Below, piece by piece: positions 38,099-48,677 of a stretch of 64,000 nucleotides of DNA. The position numbers and the translations under genes are program-made. The stretch's first letter is position 1. Every line of letters starts with the position of its first letter. The notes under the pieces are model-generated. The model saw only the letters and a program-made list of their open reading frames with translations, did no database searches and was not told the origin of the DNA. The stretch is from contig BAAIJX010000001.1 of the NCBI GenBank assembly GCA_054600435.1, positions 806,001 to 870,000 on the forward strand. The letters are read 5' to 3'. Origin of the DNA: Neophaeotheca triangularis (taxonomy: Eukaryota).

Positions 38099-38179
38099 TA
38101 AAATGTGAGGGTACAAATTGTACGTATTTTACCTAAGCAACGTTGTGTTACCACATGTTCTGGCTTTAGAACATGTAGC
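38099..38179. other. 81-nt palindrome-rich insertion in the 5S gene, with a GCT duplication
   Basis: Minus strand: GTCC-GCT-ACATGTTCT AAAGCC AGAACATGT-GGTAACA-CAACGTTG-CTTAGG-TAAAAT AC GTACAA T TTGTAC CCTCAC ATTTTA-GCT-CTGCC. Confidence 0.75.
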
Positions 38180-38184
38180 GGACT

Positions 38185-38211
38185 GCAAAAATCGCCTACG
38201 GCGATTTTTGC
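38185..38211. other. 27-nt perfect hairpin insertion in the 5S gene
   Basis: GCAAAAATCGCC-GTA-GGCGATTTTTGC, a 12-bp perfect stem with a 3-nt loop, immediately after 5S position 35. Confidence 0.8.
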
Positions 38212-38269
38212 GGATGCCTTAGATTCACTAAGCTGTGGTCGTATGTGCCAGCCTTTCCAGTTGCAGCAA

Positions 38270-38276
38270 ATATATC
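38270..38276 (-). promoter_or_regulatory. TATA-like element at about -29 of the 5S gene
   Basis: Minus strand GATATAT lies 24-30 nt upstream of the 5S 5' end (38246), the spacing described for Neurospora dispersed 5S genes. Confidence 0.6.
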
Positions 38277-39525
38277 ACCTTTCCGGCAGGGTCTTGTTGC
38301 TGGGGAAGCAAGTACCTCGTGGAGATGGGACGAGGTCGCAAGCCCCTGGCATCCTCAACCGCCAGAAGGCATCTGCGGGCCTAGCGATTTCGGCAGAAGA
38401 TTCGAGCCCTCTGGCTTCGCAAAGCAATCATAAGCTCGCGCTTGGTTCTGCCCAGCCTTGAGAGACCTTCGAGAGGCCTCTTGAGCATCGAAGAGCTCGT
38501 ACCACGGCGGCAGAGGGACTGGTACGATGTCCTAGATACTTTCTCTGTCAAGCAGGGCGCTGGAACCGAAAAGCAAGTCGCCGCGTTTCGGATGAGGTCG
38601 TGTCCCTATCGATCGGAGATTCGCTCATCACGATGAGCTCTAGGTCGATCTCGAGTGTAGGCCCCTAGCAGCTGCTCGAAGACGCACGGTATCAGTCCGC
38701 TTCCGAGTCGAGCGTCATGCAGAGCGGAAACAGCGCGAAATCGCCGTTTCGACTCTTCGAACCAGACGACTAGCGCTGGGAAGCTGGTAGGTACGCTGTT
38801 AAGCATGTATTCCTCCCTGGTATTGGGGCTTTCATACAGCGTACGCGAGGTGGATCCAGCCGGACTACCGCCCTTTATCGACTCGGGCCCTTCGTGACAC
38901 TGTGAAAGCTACGCAAGACGATGGCGAGCAAAGAAAACCCTCCAGGGTGCGGACATAGCACGAGCAACCAGCCTCCAAGGCCAAGGCTGTAACAATCAAT
39001 ACAAGTACAACACGCTATACTACCAAATCCCTTCCAAAGAAACACTCCGCTCCCTTCGCTCACAATCCTCCAAAGCCGTTGATGATGATCCAAGCAAGAG
39101 TGGTGACTTGAGCTAGTACAGATTTGTACAGAAATACAATATAATACAAATACAATACAACGAAGCGAGCAAGCAAATGCATTTTCCGTCCGAGTTGTGG
39201 TGAACAGCGCCATGCAAGCGCGGCAAAGACACAGGGTACCAGGTTGCGTCCCCTTTTTAGGCCTGCACTTGTCTTTTTGCGATCCCTGATAACAATTTTC
39301 CATGTGTACTCCGGGTAGCGCCATCGAGCCGCAGTGTTTGATTTCCAGAAGTCCTCTCTTAAGATGATTCACCAGGTGGTGTACTAAACGGACCTAACAC
39401 ACACACGTTGGATATGCAGGAGCGGAGGGAGAAAAGAAAAGCCGGCTTTTATGATGATACAGCTTCCCAACGCCCATTGAAAGCCATCTTCCCGGAGCGA
39501 GTGAAGTGGGCAGCGGACTCATCGT

Positions 39526-42500
39526 CTAAGCGGCGCCAGCAGTCCTAGACCCACCCCGCATCCTCTTAGGATTGCCCGTCTTCTTCTTCGGCGTCGTCTG
39601 TTTCGAGCCGCTCTCACCGTTAACGTAACGCAAAATCTCGTCGACGCTGCGCTGGTCCATGCCCTGTCTGGCACGCTGTGCAGTGGGGTCCGCGGCACCG
39701 GGTCCCGCGGCGGCGCCGTTGGCAATGGAAGCGGGAGTCTGCGGGCGAGTGCCAAGGCTGGTGCGGCCACCACGTCCGCTGCGGAGACCGAGGAGGCGGC
39801 GGTTGGCGAGGAGTGCGTTGGCTTGCTTGGCCTGATTGACGGCGTTGTGGGTGAGAGTCTCGAGCCAGGTTTCGGCTTCCTTGGTGTTTTGGTTATCGGC
39901 GCCGAGTTCGGTCTTGAAGATGTTGTAGCTCTCGCGCATACGGGTGACGGCGGCCTTGGAGTCGTGGTCGAGGGCCAGGGCCTGCGCGAGCTGGAATAGG
40001 AGGGTGGCGGTGTTGATGCTAGATTTGCCGGCGACTTCTTCGCAGATGTCGAGGGAGGCTTGGAACCAGGCGCGGCTTTCGGGGTATTGCTTGAGGGACT
40101 GTAGCATCACAGCCGCGTTGTTGATGGTGGTGATGGAGTCGGGGTGCCTGATGCCGTAGACGTTCTTCCACATGTCTAGCGCGTGACGCACGTATGACAA
40201 AGCGGTCTTGGTGTTGCCAACGGCGTGCTCGAAAAGACTGAGGTTGAGGTATGAGAGTACCGTCTCGGCGTGGTCGACACCGAGAGTACGCTCGGAAACT
40301 ATGACAGCCTTCTTGGCGAGTTCAACGGCGGTGGCCTTCTCGTCCAGACCGTACCAAAGCGTCGAAAGTGCGTAGTACAGTCGTGCAACTTCCGGGTGAA
40401 GGATGCCGTAGATTTGCTCGTGCAGGCTCAACGATTCGAGCAATAGCTCTTGGCCGAGCTCCTTCTGGTCCTGCTGAAGGCTCATACGTCCAGCGTCGAG
40501 CGCCTCTTCAGCCAAAACACTGCGTGGGGAGGCCTCCTTGACGATTGGGACGACGTTGAGAACGTTGTCTGGGTGGAAGGTCTGCATAGGCGTAGCTGGC
40601 GCAGGTGTTGCTGCCCGGTTCGGAGAGTGATCGGCGGTTTTCTTGTTCTTCTTCTTCTTGCTACCACCCTCCGAAGTGGGGTGCGTGCCGTTCGTTTGCG
40701 GTACGTTGAGAGTCTCGGTAGAAGACTTCTGCTCGACTGACTTAGACGAGGCAGCAAGAGCGTCTTTGCTGAATGGGTAGTCTTTCGCTTCGAGCTGGAA
40801 TCCAAGCTTCAAGCAGGCCTCCCTGAGCATCTGAACTTGCTTGCCTGCTTGCACGAGCTCGCCATCAAGTTGGTAACGGTACCTCAACGCAATCTGTTGA
40901 ACGAGTGCCTCCTTGAGCGACTCCGGCGTTATCTTCTCGTATTCGAAGTCGACATCAGGGTACATCGCTTTCATTTCTTGGTCGGTCTCAGCTGTTGGCT
41001 TGGCATTGAAGTTTGCGCCGAGCAAGCAGTTGAGCAGGTGCGAGATGGCACTCTGAGCGAAGCAAGCTGGCAGTCCACGCATCAGACGGTTTGCAAAGTG
41101 CTTGAAGGCTCTGCTGACCATTTCCTGGTGGCACAGCATCTTCAAAGCTTGCAGTCTCTTGTCGTCCTTTTCGCTGCACAACCGAGCAATCTCGCCGAGA
41201 TACCTCACGTTGATGCCGCGCTTGTGAATGAGCGCTGTCAGGCTGTGACCGTCCATTGGGAAGCCAACATCGCCTTCTCGCAGCTCGTGCATCAAACGTG
41301 GAATCGCCTCGCTTGTGAGGTATTTGCAGACTGCACGTACAAGCTCCTCATCGCGTTGCCACTCTTCTTGTTCTTCCTTGGTCTGTGGTTGCTGTCCGGT
41401 ACAGACATCTGGGTTGAGCGCAAATGAGAAACCGGAGACGTCTACTGTGTCTTGCGGTTGCTGCTTTGGCTGTGCCTCACCGTCCTGAGCATCGTTCTTA
41501 GCCAATTGGGTGTCGGGATCAAGTGTGGGCTCGCCGTTTGTCAGCTCGCTGTTGGGCTTCTTGTCCGTCTTTTCAGCATCGCCATCGGTTTCGCTCTTGG
41601 CTGCCCGCTTCTTCTCGAGCTCTGCGCTGATGTACTCCCGAAGCTTGCCGATCCTGTACGACTCGACAAGTTCAGGCCTCAACACCGTCATGCGGTGTGG
41701 GTAGCGCTTCTCCTCTGGCTGGTCTGACCACCGATGAGCCTCAAGCCAAGGAACGTCCAGTGGCGTAGTACGGTACAAGTCGAGAACGTATTTTCTGCCA
41801 TCAGTGCCGAGCAGCCCTTTGGTCTCCACGGAAGCCTCAAGCTCGTGCTTCTTGTTCTCTTTATCCCACACGGCATGCTTCTTCACACGCATGGCCTTGG
41901 AGAGCTCGCTGAAGGGCTGTGCGAACCCCTCGTGAGTAGCGATGACATCCTTGCCCTCAACACCCCCGTAATCGATTTGGTGCTCCCCCGGCTCCCTCTG
42001 TTTGAAAATACCGGGGACAATGCTCTGACCCACGATACGCTTACCCAAGTAGTCCACGACAACCGTGCCGGCAGTGAACAAGCCATTGATGTCGAGCTGG
42101 TTGACCGCCTTGACGCCCATCACGTCCTTGCCAGTAGCCACTCTCGCAGCCTCATCACCGCCATCGCTCGTGAAAGTGCCAACACCATCCGCACCGAAAG
42201 AGTAGAAGACGTTGTTGTACACGAAGATTTGCGCATCTCTTGCCTCAGTGGGGTTGAGCGGTTGCACCTCGCCTCTGCCAACCAAGACCGCGCCCCTAAC
42301 AGCAGCCTCGTTGTATTCAGCGAATAGCTTGTTTGTCAACCTCTCGCGAAAGACGCGATCTTGCACCGTCTCCTTTGGCAGTTCCCTGGTCGACTGAAAC
42401 TCCTCGTTCCAGTCTCGCAGGGTTTCGGCATTGTCCGCGCCAGATAGGAGGAAAGCCTCCTGCGGTCTTGCCGCGTCGGCTTGATGCTGTTGGGTAGAGG

Positions 42501-43594
42501 TCGGGTTGACGAGCCACGGAGCAGCAGGGATACAGTTGCTCAGCTGGAAAGACGCAAGCGGATCACGCTCTCCGTTGTACTCTTGCAATTTTTTGAAGCT
42601 TGCGTCGAAGCTTGGCGAGATCTGGGCCAATAGTGAAATAAGGGAGTGCGATGCGAACGATTTCGGTGTGGTGCGAGGCGAAGGATCAAAGCGGGCGTTG
42701 GTGCACTTGTTGACGTAGAAACCGGTAATGTGGGACGTGACGTAGTGCTGCTCGCCCTCGTTCGTGGTAACTTGGAGGTACATCAAGTGCCCACGTGTCC
42801 GGAGGTGGTAGGGGGGTGGGTTCCAGTGGGAAAGAGAAATCGACTTGACAGTCTTCGGTGCGGTATCACGGGACTTGGCCAGGAGTGTGGAGACGGATCC
42901 CGGTGCGTTGATGTCGTACTGTGCAACAGGACTGCTTTCCTCCTTGCCATCCTTCGATTCACTAGGCACCTCCACGCTGTCACACAAGCTCAAGCCAGCA
43001 TCGATACCCATGACTAGATCCGTGCGGTCTCCCGAAGCACCGATAAGCTCGCGTACTCTGATCAGATGCATGCGCGCTTGAGCCTCGCTGTAAGGGTCCT
43101 CGACCAAAGTGACCTCGGGGTCAGCGACCACATCAGGAACCTCGGAGAGCTCGACAAAGTCATTGACCCGCTCACCCCTGTGCTCGAGATGGAAGCAAGA
43201 GTACTGGAAGGTATTGGGGGTGTCGACGATCGATTGACGAATGTCTTGGACTTGCTCCTGGGTTGAGACCATCAATTGGGTTTGGCCAGGGGCATGCGGC
43301 AGCTTGACGGTCAGTTGGAACACATTCTCTACTGGCCCGGCACCCTCAACACCTTCAGCACCTTCAGCACCTTCCTCTTTGTTCCCTTCCTCGGCATTGT
43401 CCTTTGTGGCTACCGTCTCATTATTGGAAGTTGATGTCGCGTGATGGGGGGAGGAAGGGTTTATGGTTTGCTGTTGAGCTTGGCCGTTGGGTGTTTTTGC
43501 TACCGCAATGTTAGCGACTGACTGTCCTGTGAAAGGATATCATCTGGGAGGAGATTTTAATGATCGGATACATACTCGAAGCGTCATCGGACAT
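39526..43594 (-). CDS. CLU1: Clustered mitochondria protein (Clu1/Tif31), 2 exons
   Basis: Exon 43594-43576 (MSDDAS), intron 43575-43500 (GTATGT..GCTAAC..TAG), then the long ORF with WNPPPYHLRTRGHLMYL, RDWNEEFQ, VVDYLGKRIVGQSIVPGI, GTDGRKYVLDLYR, HKRGINVRYLG and TPR repeats. Confidence 0.95.
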
Positions 43595-44382
43595 GTTGAC
43601 AATCTACGAGCTTGAGACTCTCAAGCACGAGGGCTTTCAAATTGACGGAGAATTGATTGATTGGTTGATTAAAGGCAACAAGGCGAAAAACCAGATCAGA
43701 AGAAGAGAGAAAAAGGGGGTATAATACAAGGCAAAAAGCAGCCAAAGCTCGTACTGTACTGTACAGGGGAATAGGGAGTGGAGGAGGAGGAGGTGGTGAT
43801 GGTGGTGGATGAGAAGAAACAGACTTCGACAATGCTTGTTGTCGGTGCTCATGACCGAGACAAAATTTGGGCCGAGAGTCGGGAGACGGAGAGGGAAAGA
43901 GGGAGAGAGCACGGCCGGTGCCGCAGACGACCCGATTATTCCCGCGGATGTATGGAAGACTGACTAGTGGCCAGAAATTGATACAGTAGAGGACTATCGA
44001 TAGGGCTTATGAAGGTAGTTAAACTAAATAGGTACGACGTCAAGCTTACCTTTCGTTCACAATCCATGGATGTGTTGTAGTCTTGCGCGTTGGAGTCACC
44101 GTGTAACTCCCTCTCATCAGTTCAGATTGATACTGTAGGGCTGAGGCTCGATTGGGCCATGTCTCTTGGCGCTGCCGTCTGGCTGTTCCTTCTGTTGTTT
44201 CATCTCTTGCAAGTCAACCTCACACCCACTCATTCCTCGGTCGTGTTGAGTAAGTACATTGTTTGCGACTTGCGCCAGGTCTACCACGGCTCCCAGGCGT
44301 TGGTGGCATGACATTTCCTATATCAAACTAAAGAATCTCCCCCTATGAGCATGCGCTGAAGCGCACTTCCTAATCCGGGACT

Positions 44383-46161
44383 ATGGCCCTCTTCTCACGA
44401 TCGTTACCACGCATCCTACTTGCTCCTACGCGGAGCCACACTCATTGCTTACCTCGTGTACATCATGTCTGCGCGACGACCCCCGGAGCGAAGAGGAGCT
44501 TTTCCATGTTTCAGGCTGGATCACAGTCTCCTGACCCCCAGTTCCCTGGCCAAGACAACGATGGCGGCGACGACAAATCTAAGCCCAAGGGCAAAGGCCA
44601 CGAGGGAGAAACCTTTAGGTGGGGTCCGACGCTGTTCAAGATGATGGAAGCTGCCCTTACGACGGCAGCGTCCGTAGCAGTCTTGGGGTAAGTCGCGCCG
44701 CCACCACGTTGTTCCTATACCCAATGCTGATAATCTCCAAGCGCAGTTGGTTTTGGGTACACTCGATACTACAAACACATGGTCCTTGCCAAGATAGAGC
44801 ACGCGTTCGAACCTGGCGACCCTGTTCTCGATCTTGCAGCAACCGCCAAACAGGGTAGTGCCACCGGTGGGAGTATCTTGGTCGACGAGAACAAGAAACG
44901 CGAGCATTGGGTGCTACGCGAAGAGCAAGCTACCCTCGATGCCATTGTCAACGGGCAAATTCGCGGTCAATACCACCTCATCGTGGGCGAGAAAGGTACC
45001 GGCAAGTCTAGCATGCTCATCGACGCCATGGCCAAGATTGATGCTGAGGGCTGTGCCATGTTCGACGCCCATGCTGATCCCGAGATCTTCCGGATTCGAT
45101 TGGGAAAAGCACTTGATTTCGAGTTCCACGAAGACAATATTGGGTCTCTTTTCAGCATCAGGGGGCCGCGCGATGCCAGTGCACTCCTTGACATCGAACG
45201 GGCCTTTAATAAGCTCGAGAAGGTTGCGCTGAAACGACGAGAGAAAGTTGGGAGACCTATGATCTTGATTATCAACGCCATGCATCTTCTGCGGGATGAC
45301 GAAGAAGGGCGCGACGTGCTGGAGCTTGTACAGCAGAGAGCCGAGCAGTGGGCGGCCTCGAATCTGGCCACTGTCATTTTCAACTCCGACGATTACTGGG
45401 TATACGAACGCCTAAAGCAGTACGCAACTCGTATGAACGTTATACCTATCCTCGACCTCAGCAAACCAAAAGCAATCGATGCCCTCCGAAACTACCGCAC
45501 AAAGTATAAGGGCGAGCATCCCTCTAACAAAGTGCTCGAAGAAGTCTACGATATGATCGGTGGCAGGTTGAGCTTCATCAACCGCGTTGCCAAATCACCA
45601 GATATGATGAAAACAGCCAAGGACATCTGTAAGATGGAGAAGACCTGGCTCCTCAACAAGTGCTGGATTCTGGGCATGGAGATGGACGACGACGTGATGG
45701 ACCAGCAGAAATACGCTAGTGCCGCCATGGTGCTGGCCAAAGCACTCGTCGACCGCGAAAAGGACATGGCATCCACTTACTCGGAAGAGAACGGTCACAT
45801 TCTACCACAAATGCCACTGCACGAGGCGAGACAAGTCATGACGCGCGCAGATTTTATCCAAAGCTACGACAGCATCAATGTCTTCACAATCGACTCCAAC
45901 GCCATGGTGCGCGCCGATAGCGTGCCCATGATGAACGCGTTCAGGGAGGTGTGTGCGCAAGAGGGGTTCGATGAGTTCCTCGAGGCGACGCTCCAGCGCA
46001 TAGGAGACATTGAGAGTCTTGGCAGGACGAGGGAGCTCACGATCAAGGATCTTTGGGACGGAGGCAAGTATCACATCAAGATGGAGGATGCTAAGGGCAA
46101 GGAGACTGGCAAGGTGGTGATGGAAGTGGCGCCGAAGCCAGAAGAAGATGAGGAGAAGTGA
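44383..46161 (+). CDS. P-loop (AAA-like) NTPase with putative mitochondrial presequence and TM segment, 2 exons
   Basis: Exon 44383-44687, intron 44688-44741 (in frame only with the AAG acceptor), exon to 46161; Walker A IVGEKGTGKSS; Arg/Ser-rich N-terminus. Confidence 0.82.
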
Positions 46162-46805
46162 AGTTGAGTGTAGAAATACTCACTGTACTAAAGCATTACC
46201 TACATATTTACCTGCTTCCTTTCCAAGTCCGATCGCTGTCCTGTTGCTTCATACTAGTACCTACGCTCCGGCCGTCGCGCCCATACCTAGTTACCTTGAC
46301 TACCTTACCTAAACCCGATCCAAATGTCTTAGTCAGCCGCCTCGCCCCACTTTCGACCTCGCTCCTACCTATACCTGAGGTGCCCACGACTTCGACTTCC
46401 TTACCTTTCCCCCTCTCCCTCTTGCTCAACCGTTCAACCAATCCGAAAATTGGCGCGCACACAACAACACGCGTGCTATTTTGCTTCACTGCAGGTGCTC
46501 TTTCAACTGGTCGTCCAACACCGCCAGTGACAGAGGAGGCACGCCAAGACAAAACCCCCCCCTCTCCTCACAGGTAGGTGTTGCCTACAGCTTAAAGCAC
46601 CGGCCGGCCCAGGCAGAAACCTGCGAACGTGCAAAGTACCTACACCTCATACCTCCCATCCTTCACCACCTGCAGTGTTTGCAGCCCTGCAGCAATCTTG
46701 AGCAAACACGGCGCCCGTCTCCTTCAAAGACGCCTGCAGTCTTTCAACCTCTCTGCTTCTCAACCCCAATTTCGAAGGTCACCTACCACTTCAACAAACG
46801 CAAGG

Positions 46806-48677
46806 ATGACTTCAACCACTACTACTCCGCCTCCGGGACAAGCCAACACCACCATGCAGCCCGCCAAAAAACTGGACACTCTCGAGCCGGAGGTTCTAGC
46901 CCACATCCTCTCTTACCTCCAGGACTCCTCCCCTCACTCGTTCGGCAACGCTGCTGTGAGCTGCCAGTACCTTTTTGCCGTCGCTCGTGACCTGGTCGCA
47001 AACCATCACAAGTTCATCGATCTCGACGAATGCACAACCTTCAAGAACTTCACCGAGCTTACAGCCAAGATCGATGCCTGGGCCGAGGATGGAGCTGTCC
47101 GCCGCAACATGAGGATCTTGACCGTCAAAGGAGAAAGCAAATGGATGGAGGGTTCCGTCACCAACAACGAGACGCCGATTGACATGCTCGATCAAAACAT
47201 CATGAAATTGCTCTCCAAGGCTGGCAACGTTCAACTTCTCATTTGGCGCACGCGCGGCAGCCCAAGCGAGCAGCTCCTCAAGACCCTTCACCTTCACCAC
47301 GCCTCCGCTCATCTTCGAGTTCTGGACTTCGACTGGGAGAATGTAGCAAGCAACGGAACTGAGGCAACGCCACGTCTCGAGGCTCTCGCAAACTCCCCGG
47401 CTCTCACTCAGCTTCGCTGTCAGATCCATCAAACCGCTAGCCAAATCTCCATTTGTGTGCTAGGGTTCCGCTACGTCGTCTCCCGTGCACCCAACCTGGT
47501 CAGGGCCAGTCTGCAGAACCACCATGGTGGTCACATCAGTCGCCATCAGCGAGAGGTTCTCAACAAGCTCTTGCCTCCCGGTCCTAAGCCAAACTCGAGC
47601 CTCCGCGAACTCACTCTTGACGGGTACGATATGGCGAAAACAACTCTTCAGGACTGGGCCAAGCTCGTTGATTTGTCGAAGCTGGAGAACGTCAAGTTCT
47701 TCCGGGGCCTCGTTCAAGAGAGCTACTTCGTCTCCGCACCGACCCTCCTACCTAGCCTGGCTCACTTCTCCATGAATCTGCGTAACTCCCAATACCGCTC
47801 GCGAAACTTCGTCGCGCTCCAGGAGTACCTCAAAGCCTGCGCTCCGCTTAAGACGCTTTCTTTGTGGTCGTGGGGAGACTGTGTGGTCTTGGAGCCTATC
47901 CTCGCCCGTCACGGACCCACGCTCACCAATCTCGGCTTGCACGACCGTGAAAGTCGCTCCGACTATGCCGAAGACCAGCGGAACGTACTTTCAACGGAGG
48001 GGGTCAAGGATCTGCTTGAGAAGTGTCCCAACCTCGAGGCTTTGACCATCGACATGCAGAGACACAGCGATCAGCCCGCGACTGATGGCACCGACGACAA
48101 CACAACGTCCTTCAAGCTTATCGGCGACAGCAAGATCGACAAGCTTGAAATCTACTTCGACGCTGGTATCGCGTACAGTCCGGAGCTCATGCGCCGGCTT
48201 GCCGTGCGTAATGCAAATGTGGTAGAGTACGCTTCCGACGACGAGGATGACGACATGGAGGATGACTCAGATGGCTCAGACGAGGACGATGAGGAGGATG
48301 AAGAGGAAGACGAGGAAGACGTGGACAATGCAGCTGCCCAAGACATAGGAGAGAATGCGGACACCGCAGTCGCCAAGGTCCCACCAACCATCTCCAGCAT
48401 CTCTCCCGAAGGCACCTGGCGTCCGTCCTCCGAGGAGGCCCTCGAGGCCTACGTCGAGTACATTTGGACCACCGTCTTCGGCTCCCGAGTCAACGGCGAG
48501 CGCTCCCTTATCGTCAAGTTCGGCGAGTGGGAGACGTACCACAACTTCGCCACGCGTCCCGGCAACGGCCCCATGGACACGGTCTGGATGTTCCACGCCA
48601 AGGAGCACGAGCGCGACGACCTGCGCGGCGTGCCCAAAATCCACAAGCAGTCCTTCCAGGGCTACGGTCTCGGTTGA
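46806..48677 (+). CDS. F-box-like / LRR-like protein with acidic tract
   Basis: ATG at 46806 (alternative 46854); LDTLEPEVLAHILSYLQ..AAVSCQYL resembles an F-box; LRR-like segments (LRELTLDG, LKTLSLWS, CPNLEALTID); D/E tract near the C-terminus. Confidence 0.7.
   Translation: MTSTTTTPPPGQANTTMQPAKKLDTLEPEVLAHILSYLQDSSPHSFGNAAVSCQYLFAVARDLVANHHKFIDLDECTTFKNFTELTAKIDAWAEDGAVRRNMRILTVKGESKWMEGSVTNNETPIDMLDQNIMKLLSKAGNVQLLIWRTRGSPSEQLLKTLHLHHASAHLRVLDFDWENVASNGTEATPRLEALANSPALTQLRCQIHQTASQISICVLGFRYVVSRAPNLVRASLQNHHGGHISRHQREVLNKLLPPGPKPNSSLRELTLDGYDMAKTTLQDWAKLVDLSKLENVKFFRGLVQESYFVSAPTLLPSLAHFSMNLRNSQYRSRNFVALQEYLKACAPLKTLSLWSWGDCVVLEPILARHGPTLTNLGLHDRESRSDYAEDQRNVLSTEGVKDLLEKCPNLEALTIDMQRHSDQPATDGTDDNTTSFKLIGDSKIDKLEIYFDAGIAYSPELMRRLAVRNANVVEYASDDEDDDMEDDSDGSDEDDEEDEEEDEEDVDNAAAQDIGENADTAVAKVPPTISSISPEGTWRPSSEEALEAYVEYIWTTVFGSRVNGERSLIVKFGEWETYHNFATRPGNGPMDTVWMFHAKEHERDDLRGVPKIHKQSFQGYGLG

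Larger units (their letters stand above)
38020..38246 (-). rRNA. 5S rRNA gene interrupted by two insertions (function uncertain)
   Basis: Removing 38185-38211 and 38099-38179 gives 119 nt: ACATACGACCACAGCTTAGTGAATCTAAGGCATCC-AGTCC-GCTCTGCCAAATTCAAGCACTAAAGCGGGTGATTAGTACTACGGTGGGTGACCACGTGGGAATCCCACCTGTTGTATGT. Helix I (ACATACGAC/GTTGTATGT), helix II (GCTTAGTG/CACTAAAGC), loop E (TTAGTA) and helix IV all fit. Confidence 0.9.

Noticed and set aside
38098..38151. Spliceosomal-intron reading of the 5S insert (GTAACA..CTCAC..TTTTAG on the minus strand)
   Set aside because: Removing it would leave two hairpins in place and would not restore 5S; the donor is weak.
38280..39480. Possible transposon or Starship captain next to the interrupted 5S
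   Set aside because: Only short ORFs, with no recombinase, transposase or RT motifs.
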